DNA of 58,603 nucleotides, counting the filler, from Sphacelaria rigidula (Eukaryota), in assembly GCA_964200075.2 (NCBI GenBank). It is 5 parts of 5 records of this genome, joined end to end, with 100 filler letters (N's around TTAATTAATTAA, not from the genome) between each part and the next. Parts side by side here need not be neighbours in the genome. Positions count along the whole stretch, not along the records: positions 46,965 to 58,603 come from CAXNAA020004679.1; 4 more parts are not named here. The stretch is one strand, 5' to 3'. A program made the translations under genes and the position numbers. A model generated the notes under the pieces. That model did no database searches, was not told where the DNA came from, and saw nothing but the letters and a program-made list of their open reading frames with translations. Positions 50,309-58,603 of the stretch are shown one piece after another (position 1 is the stretch's first letter; every line of letters starts with the position of its first letter).

Positions 50309-50613
50309 AACAATGTTTTCGTGAGGTTGAAAGTAGAGTAGAGGGTACGATCGAGAGTGAAATGCGGTCAATTAGTGAACAAATCATTTCCGAAATGAAA
50401 TGCCCCTCCACGAGGTCCAATATACTTTCTGTAGTAGCTTTCCATTGAGGCCTTTGATATCTCTGAGTAGGATATCGACGTGTAGCTGTAAGCACACGCT
50501 AGTGATGGCGGCAAAGAAAAGCATACACGGAATGAAAAATTGACCAAGATAAAGCGAATGACCAAAGCCACTTTCAATCAGCGCTCTACTCTCAATCTCG
50601 CGAGAACGTTGTT
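50309..50613. mobile_element. Second member of the AAC...GTT MITE family (305 bp)
   Basis: AACG|AACAATGTTTTCGTGAGGTTGAAAGTAGAG ... CTCTACTCTCAATCTCGCGAGAACGTTGTT|TACG. The TSD matches at 3 of 4 bases. Confidence 0.8.
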
Positions 50614-50619
50614 TACGGT

Positions 50620-51140
50620 ATATTCAAACCCCGGGTGGGGTCATGGGAGGCTTACAGAGCCCACAGAAGTGTCGGATACAGGTACTGGATGAAAGTCTTA
50701 CAGAAAATACAGAGCTTGTCGGGTACCGTATGAGAGGCTTACAGAAAAACCGTACCCGCAATCGGGTATTTCTCCAAGAGCATACCCGCGCTCCGGGTAC
50801 GGGTTAACTACAGAACTCATAGAATTGTCCAGTATTGCTATGACAGGCTTACGGAACTTACAGAAACTGTCGGGTAGTGTAAAGACGTTGCACAGAAGAC
50901 CGCACCCGCAACCGGGTATCATATTAAGAGCATACCCCCGTTCCCCCCGGTAGCGGTACGGGAGGCTTACAGAGGTTACAGAACTATCGGGCCACGATAC
51001 GAACGTCTTACAGAGGTTGCAGAACTGCCGGGTACCGGTATGTAAGTATTGCCGAGTTTACAGAACTATCGGGTACGGTAAATACCCAGGAAAATTACCC
51101 AAGGTATACAGAAAATCGTACCCTGCAGAACACAGCCTTA
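50620..51140. repeat. Internally repetitive element built from CTTACAGA / CGGGTAC motifs
   Basis: Many imperfect (C/T)TTACAGAA(C/G)T.TCGGGTA units. Confidence 0.7.
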
Positions 51141-52878
51141 AAATTTTGAGTTCTTAAGGGGGGGGGCACCCAGCCTGCTTCCCCCTAGTTTATAGCCGAG
51201 GCGTTGGCGAATGCGGTCAGCTGCCGTGTATAGAGACCCTTGGCATGAACACCGGTGAGATGGCGAACACGCCGCCCCCCCAAGCTCATCACTTACCATG
51301 ATTACATTTGTGGGATCATGTTGCGTGTCGTGTGCCTCGAGTACCTACCAGTAGTCCGGGCAAGTTTGGCGGTGTGTGATACAATGTTGCCACTTTGGCT
51401 AAAGGCTGTCGCTACCATACGCTCGCGTGCATACCGTACATGTGTGTGAGCGTGGCCGACATCCGAGATCATCGGGACAGAGCGGGCAAGGAGCAGCAGC
51501 AAATACACGAACCTCGCAAAGCCCACCACACTTTTCGGCTTTTATCAGCGTTCTTTGATCAATTTATCGCAACAAAATTAACAAAAGAAGTAAAAAAATC
51601 ATGACATTTTTTGGAAAATTGCCCTCCGGCAGGGGAGGGAGGGGGGGGGGGAGCTACGTATCCAAGACTCTTCTCCCGACAGACCCCTGTTTCCACCGCA
51701 GAAGAAAAATCGACTCTACGGTCGACGAGAAAAAGAGATCGCTGAGCTCCTCTCACGATCAAAAGTGAGGGCAAGCACCGCAGGAGGGAGACGGAATATT
51801 CAAACAAAATAAAAAAGAAAACACTCTTGTGTTGACCTTTCTCCTGTGTGACCCCGGCTGATACGCTCACATATACCGGAAGGTGTAGACTGGCGTCCAG
51901 AATAGATGGGATGACGACACACAACATATCGTATATTATGGATCGAAAAAATGGTGCCAAGACACGCCCTTAGGGCCCCGACCAAAGAAAGAAGCTCAGA
52001 ACCTTGAAAACGACAAGCGTCCGAAATAAGCACATTGATTGATCGCGGGCGTCTATGGTTGCGGCGACTAATCAACACGCTGCTTTCAGACGCTTGTTTC
52101 GTTCTGCGCTTCTATTTTTGATCTCGTGGGATGGGCCCGAAGTACTAGCAGCTGGCGGCTCGTTACAACAATGAATCCGAAAAGTCTGATATCTTGCTGT
52201 CCTGGCGTCCAATGCGGCGTATCTCATCCGCTTGCAGTCGGGATTCGGCCGTTTCTCATCTTACTATGATGGATTTCGAGCTGTGTTGAGATAAGTGTCC
52301 TCAGCAATTTCCTCGTCTCACGTTTTTTTTCAATCAAAACAAGCCTTACTTCCCCATCTTCACGTTTCTTCAAAGCGGACCGGGTCCGTATAGGCCGTGG
52401 AATACAATACTACTACACACAGGCACCAAGTAGGACAGCACGTACACGCATATCAACCAACCTACATGTATATGCTATGCATCACTACCTCCAAAAAGTG
52501 CATGGTCATACTCAAGGGCCTCTCGAATAATAGCTGCGCCACTGTGCTCCTGACCATTCGAAGAGCGTGCGTGCGACGGTGCATGCCCTCTCCCTAACGA
52601 CAGTGCTGGCGGGAGCGGATATGTCGAGACGTCTACCCCCACGCGCCCCCTCTACGGACCATCATTTCGAGATGGACTCGACGCTGCATGCTGTATGCCC
52701 CAATCTACGCAGTGGATAAGTACAGTGGAAAGATCCTACGACACATGGTGGCGACAGCAGCCACAAAAAATTACAAGTCTAGATACAACATGAAACACGA
52801 AATATTAAAAACTACAGCACACGCACCCCTACCCCCAATGAAAAAACTGCACAAAAACGTCTTGGCCGTTGGTCGCGA

Positions 52879-53245
52879 GTGATACTACTGACACCCCAAT
52901 GTTAGCCCTCGGAACACCCCATGAGAAGAAAGAAGCATTAAAACAGAATGTAAACTTGCATAAGTGCAAAATTGAAGGAATGAGCGCTTCGGTATGTCCT
53001 GAAAGCACGAACAATTTTCGGCCGCTTGTAATACTACTGGCACCCCGATGTTAGCCCTCGGAACACCCCGTACGAGGATAAAAGCTTAAATACAGCATGC
53101 CAAAATGAAACATTTCGAACATGCCAAAAAGAAAGAACGACTGCTACAGTATCTCCTGAAGGCACTAAAATAAACTGTACAAAACACCCTGGACTCCTTG
53201 TAATACTACTGCGTAGTATCTCGACGCTAGTTCTCGGAACACCTT
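52879..53245. repeat. Diverged ~150-170-bp tandem repeat
   Basis: GT(G/A)ATACTACTG...CTCGGAACACC occurs at ~52879, ~53028 and ~53200. Confidence 0.7.
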
Positions 53246-53649
53246 GTAACCATTTCCCTTTGCATGCGTGCTGAATCGCTCAAGTGCTGAACGATTGCAA
53301 AACACTACAGTGCGGTCACTGCAGTTGTATGTCTACACATTAGCCTACACAACACACAGCAATAATCAATGCACCACCCAACACAATCGCGAATGCAAAT
53401 AGATGGTTCTCCGCTCCCCCACGCTGCACCATAACGTTACAATCTGTCCAAACCAGCACACACCAGCGCCCAGCAGTGCCGGTACTTTTATGGCGAAGAG
53501 GTACCCTGCATTACCTGCTCAGCCTAGAAAACGACAGCAAGTACTGAATGTATGATTCGTGCTCCACACACACCGCTTCGTTTGTAAATCAACAAACATG
53601 AGTGGACGAACACGAGACTACATCATAATCTACAGTATTTCACTCTTAA

Positions 53650-53749
53650 CCCTTAGACAGCGGTGCGGGTAGTCCATCTGGATCACGCACACTCTCTAAA
53701 AGTGTATTGACGCCGCTTCAGCAGGTGACCTACCCTCGCGGTCCAAGGG
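53650..53749. mobile_element. 100-bp piggyBac-like MITE
   Basis: TTAA|CCCTTAGACAGCG ... CGCGGTCCAAGGG|TTAA. A TTAA TSD with CCC/GGG termini is the piggyBac signature. Confidence 0.85.
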
Positions 53750-53934
53750 TTAAAACCCCACGCCAATTCGCGCATCTGCATTCATGAGGCGACGCAGCCG
53801 AGGAGGGTAATTGCAGGATTACATTGAATGAACTCAAGTCCGAGGTCCGTGTCAGATGGCTTTGCCGCCGCGAAGGCTGTGAACGACGCTTTCACAAAGC
53901 TTTTGGAGCCTCTTCGGGACGTGGTCAGTCACAC

Positions 53935-54136
53935 CTGAGCTCGGAGATGGCCAGTCCTGGGCGAAGCGATAAAACAAATATTCATTCTCGAACATGTGAG
54001 CCTTCGCCACGTGGCTGAAAACGCCGTGATCAATGAGCAAGTCTCCAATCTTCAAAGCTTCAGGTACACTTGACGCGATGTCGTTTTGAATCATCCACCA
54101 CACTGCTTGGCTGCCCACGAAGCACCTCTTGTATGT
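53935..54136 (-). CDS. DEP-domain-encoding exon
   Basis: CAG|TYKRCFVGSQAVWWMIQNDIASSVPEALKIGDLLIDHGVFSHVAKAHMFENEYLFYRF matches the DEP (Dishevelled/EGL-10/Pleckstrin) pattern CFVGS.AV.W...EA...G..L...G.F.HV...H.F....LFYRF. The donor is probably CAG|GTGTGA. Confidence 0.88.
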
Positions 54137-55587
54137 CTGACATTGGAAGGAACCGGGGTACAGGTCGTTGCGGCGGTGTGAAAGCGTTCGACTGGACCCC
54201 ATGTCACACGAAGCAGCCTGAAAGTGCCCACTGTACTGCACGTGGTGATAATTGAATGAGTTGGCCGTAATCTGCACCTCCTTTCAAGGTGCCTAAGTTT
54301 CTGTAGATGGCATGGGAAAGTACGGCGTGACGCCGGCACAGGCAGCGTTTGAAGTGTTTGCATATCTCAACAGCGTCATCGAAGCCGAGGCGGGACGAGT
54401 GATAAATCAGATGTGGCACAGATATGCGCCAGCTAAACACAGAAGCCAAGTCGCTCGCGAACGCAAACTGGTGAAAACTGTCATGCCTGGAACGCTTTCC
54501 CTACAGAGTCGTGAATGAAATTCCAAGCACAGTTATGTTATAGCGGGGATAACGTCTCAAGACCACGTCGGTTGTTGCGGCACGTCTTGTTTATTCCGTC
54601 ATAACGCAAATACGTCGACCCACATCCTTCCTCAGGGCAAGTCTTTAACCTCAAGTGGTAAACCCATACACCGGCCTGATATTTTGTTCTCGAGCATGGG
54701 ATAAGTGTTGACACAACCTGCCGAATTTTATCAAGCAATCATTTGCTAGTCACGTGCTGACGCTTCCCACGCCGGAAACTACGAAAATATCGATGTCAAT
54801 ATTTGGAGCTGTGAAATCCGTCCAAACTGGCCGTGCAGATGTGACAGTACGATCACCATGGCGCAGCATCGCACCACAACAGCCCCTTCGGAAAACAGCT
54901 AAAATAGTGTACGCTACACCTGTACCATACGCACGAGATATTTTCTATTCTTCTCACCCGACATCGATAAGTGCGGTCTTCAATATCCAGCTCATTCCTC
55001 ATCCGTTCCGCCAGTGCCTGATGCAGTTCACAGTGGTAATGTTTCAGGCGCACAAACACAAGGGCCATCATTTAGCGGGGGTGGCAGCCGGCTGCTGTAT
55101 TCCTGTACTCCTGTAGTACTTTTTCTACCGTCTGGAGCACTGAGTGTTGGCACCGAGTGTTGTGGGATGTGCATGGTACATCTCCGCCTCGGCTCGGTGT
55201 GAGAGAGGGAAAATCGACTCAAGTCCACTATTCACCGTCAAATAGCCCATGCTTGACGCACTCTGGAACTGCTCAACGCTTGACCCTGAACTCAGTCCAA
55301 ACCCCAACCCCAGGCTGACCAAAAACCCTCGGGCCCTTGTGGAAGGGGAATCCCGAGGATTATTGTCGGACAACTGTGCGTTGGCAGAGGTGGAGTCGGC
55401 GCCGCACGGGGCCTGTTTGATCAATAACGTATGTTTCGTCTTACGGCGAGCGCTCGGGACTGCAGCCACCTGAAAATTCGAATCTCAGCGTCCACACCAG
55501 AGTCCCAAGTGAAATAACAAGGAGATATTCAAGAAAAATATACTCGACTACGAACCCTCGTTCTCGCCTCAATTTCTTGACCGCGAG

Positions 55588-55643
<56 letters not shown>

Positions 55644-57139
55644 GCCGGCTTTCTTCCATTCGGACACCGAACGCCACGACCGCGGCGACCGGGGCGCGGG
55701 NNNNNNNNNNGCGAAATTCAATAAAAATCTCCCCGACCACCACCCCCCCTCCCCGCCCCATTTTGTTGCCCGCGAGGCCCCCCCCCCCCCCCCCTTTCCC
55801 CCGAAGTTATTGTCAGCGACTTCGAGATTGTTCTTCGCAATCGCCAGAACGCCTGTACGCTGAGAACGGTATTGGAGACAAGAGTCAATCCAAGAGTCAG
55901 TCGCAAACAAAATTCTCCCATCGAATGATTGAGTGTTTACCTCAAAGTACGAGGTGATACGAGATGATCTGAGGTGGCCGGCCATGGAAAGCGTTCATCA
56001 AAGTAACCTGAGTAAGCATCCAGTCTTGCCAAGGCTTCAGCAACATGGGAAATGTCCGCGGTTGGTTTGCATGTTTGAACAAACTTTCATTGACAACCCG
56101 ACAGAGTCACTTGCGTCGATTCGATGCCGACCCTAGATTCTCTCCTTGACGTAAGTCCAGCAGAGGTGGGCCACACCATTTTTTCCCTTCGTCTTGTGCA
56201 CAGCACACTGGAGGCTGCACACGGGCAATCCAATGAACTCCTGATCGAGATACACTTGATTATCGGAGTAAAGTAGCACAGGGGTCATTGATACCTTGCG
56301 TATGGGGCAAGCGTTAATTTTTGTGGCGCGGAGCCGCGAGAAACAACCTGCAAGTCTATATTCAACAAACATCACATATACCGATACTCGCTGATATTGC
56401 ACCACATTAAGTCGACGCCGGACTTGCGTACTTGTTGTCCGCTAACTTTCAACTGATGCTATTTCGGCTGGCCATTCAAATATGCCCCATGACTCACGCT
56501 CGGGGAGGTTAATCACTCCTTTCCGTACGCCACAATCCTCAACCCCCCCAGCCCCCTACCCAACACCCACGTATCGGCGCTCCTGGCATGCTTTTGGCAT
56601 GCACCTGCCGAATCCACCCTAGGTCGGTGACAGTGCAGCGGCTGGGAGACCTTGCGATAAACAGGCTTTCGACATCGTAGTATGCGTGTCCCATATTTGT
56701 ATAAGTCTAGCAATGCATGCTTCCTGGGAGTGAAAGAAGAGACCTCAGCGTCGTGCTCCCGTGACTCATGCCCTACACAGCGCAAGCGGTGGCCCGCGCG
56801 CGGACGACAGCGGGCAGTGCGTCGCCGGACGATCGCTAAGGGAGGGTGGGGACCACCTGCCGATCAAAGGCGGCATCTCCAACGGGGCTCGGGCGTTACC
56901 AACGAAAGACCTGACGCCAGAAATGGCGTGACGTTCAGGGGATTCTGCGAGAACTTGGGGGGAAATGATGGAGGGGATGTAGCAGCGGCCGCGGCGGCGG
57001 TAGAGGCAAGCCGAAGATTACACACCACAGACGGGGGTTGCTCGGTACACGACACCGCCATGTTCATCGCAAGTCATCAAACAGCGGAACGCCCTGTCCG
57101 CGGCGGAGAACGGTTGTAGCTGCGTTTCTTACACCCGCA

Positions 57140-58470
57140 GTGCGTCCTCAATACTACGGAGGGCAAGAAGTTCGGTCCGGTCATCGGTTCTCTTCGGGAG
57201 CACACCATCGAGCATCCTGATTTCCCCCCGCGGATGTTCAGGGCGCTGCTCCTGCAGAGCAGCCTCACCGTGCTCAGTGACAATATTACCCGATGTGTGC
57301 GGGATCCACCACCCAACGTACTCCGACGGTGAAGGAGATGAGAGATTACAAACCAGTATTAGAGAATATGATTTAGTCAGATCGGCAATTGGCGTGGTGG
57401 TATCCGATAAACGGAGGGTCGTCTTGAAGGAAGCATTTGCCCGCGTCACGCACTTGCGCCGTTTGTGATCAAGTGCCACCAGGATGCGGCGGCGGATATC
57501 ACCGTCCAGACAGACATACGCTGAACGAAGAAGGAAACTCCTCTCCAACACGAGGGAAAGAGGGAGGCGACGGACTGGTTGATGTTTTGATCTGTACAGG
57601 ATTGTTATTTATCTCCATCTTTTAAAACACCGTAACGTGGACGATCAGTCCCCGTGTTGGATTCCAATCTTTCAGCGGAACCACAATTCTTACCCTTTTG
57701 GAACGAATTTCCCCTGTCCCCCCACCTAGTATTCTTCCCGTGCAAGGCCGGGCCACTTGGACTGCCCGTGCAAGGGTGAGAATTGTGGTTCCGCTGAAAG
57801 ATTGCAAGGGTCGGATAAATAATGAGTCGTCTGGAAATTACTTGGTTTTAGTATAACGAGTCGACTCGTGACGGATCCATCCCTAGGCTTCATTTCAGCT
57901 TTGCAACCCAGGTACACGCAGCCCAGACACGTGGAATGGCGCAAAAGCGTGGATACCCCTTGGACGAGCGATCCACTTTTTTCTCCCTTTTGGGTAATCA
58001 GGCCGAAGAAATCGTGGATTTTGTGGTTTTGAGTCGTGATGATTTGTCCTAACCGTGAAAGATTGGAATCCAACACGGGGACTGATCGTCCACGTAACGG
58101 TGTTTTCAAAGATGGAGAGAGACAACAATCCTGTACGGATCAAAATGTCAGCAAGTCTGTAGGCAGCCCGCCTTCTCCTGCCATTCAACAGAGTTGATCA
58201 GGATCAACTCCGGGACTCAGGTCTAAGCTCGGGGAATAGGAGGTGCTGGTCTACCTCGACGCCTTACTACTGGTAATGGATGGTCCGACAGCTGACACGC
58301 TAAACGCGATGCCCTTCCTCTGTGAGGAGTTGGCTCGCATGGGTGTGAATATCAATGACGCCAAGATGAATGTGGTACCCGCGGGCGGAATCACGTCCCT
58401 GCAAACCTGGAGCTAGCGGCGCTGGAGTTGGTGCGCCTGAGTGTGACGGAGTATGAGGAGTGGGGGGGTG
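57140..58470 (+). mobile_element. Heavily decayed CRE-like non-LTR retrotransposon RT fragment
   Basis: ALAPFVIKCHQDAAAD before the MITE and EVLVYLDALLLVMDGPTADTLNAMPFLCEELARMGVNINDAK after it (degenerate YLDD and L..xG..iN.xK motifs). The clade assignment is from recalled motif style, not from a search. Confidence 0.6.
57571..58159. mobile_element. 589-bp MITE with ~105-bp TIRs, probably Tc1/mariner type
   Basis: 57571-57674 is the reverse complement of ~58055-58159, including an exact ACGTGGACGATCAGTCCCCGTGTTGGATTCCAATCTTTCA. It is flanked by GA (left) and TA (right). Confidence 0.8.
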
Positions 58471-58603
58471 CACTCATGATCATGCATGCCATGGTCATCA
58501 GACCATTGACCTCGTATGCTCCGGGGGGGGGGGGGGACCCCTTTTTTTGTTTGCCCCGGCATTTGGCCCATGGCCAAAACCGGAGAGCCAACCGCCGGAA
58601 CCC

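Noticed and set aside
54312..54518. Plus-strand 68-aa protein-like ORF next to the DEP exon
   Set aside because: Short, no recognisable motif, and opposite in strand to the DEP gene.

Overview
This is eukaryotic, intron-rich and repeat-rich DNA, not prokaryotic. The style of the introns, LINE tails and MITEs suggests a brown alga (Phaeophyceae), which is an inference. The window joins five unrelated contigs of near-identical length (1-11641, 11742-23382, 23483-35123, 35224-46864, 46965-58603) with artificial 100-bp N44-TTAATTAATTAA-N44 spacers, so nothing should be read across them. Contig 1 holds four phase-compatible minus-strand exons of 3-methylcrotonyl-CoA carboxylase alpha, introns packed with foldback MITEs, and a decayed LINE 3' half. 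Contig 2 holds a Lys/Ala/Pro-rich histone-H1-tail-like gene with no visible winged-helix domain; its long intron may contain an antisense gene. Contig 3 holds decayed or unidentified coding-like sequence. Contig 4 holds an 8-exon phase-consistent gene of unknown function. Contig 5 holds a DEP-domain exon and two decayed non-LTR retrotransposons with nested MITEs whose target-site duplications can be read directly. I found no convincing new multi-gene system. The best leads are the globular-domain-less H1-like protein, a TGT...ACA MITE carrying telomere-like repeats, an AAC...GTT MITE family with 4-bp TSD, and a duplicated splice acceptor that creates a candidate microexon. Most ORFs in the supplied track are spurious.
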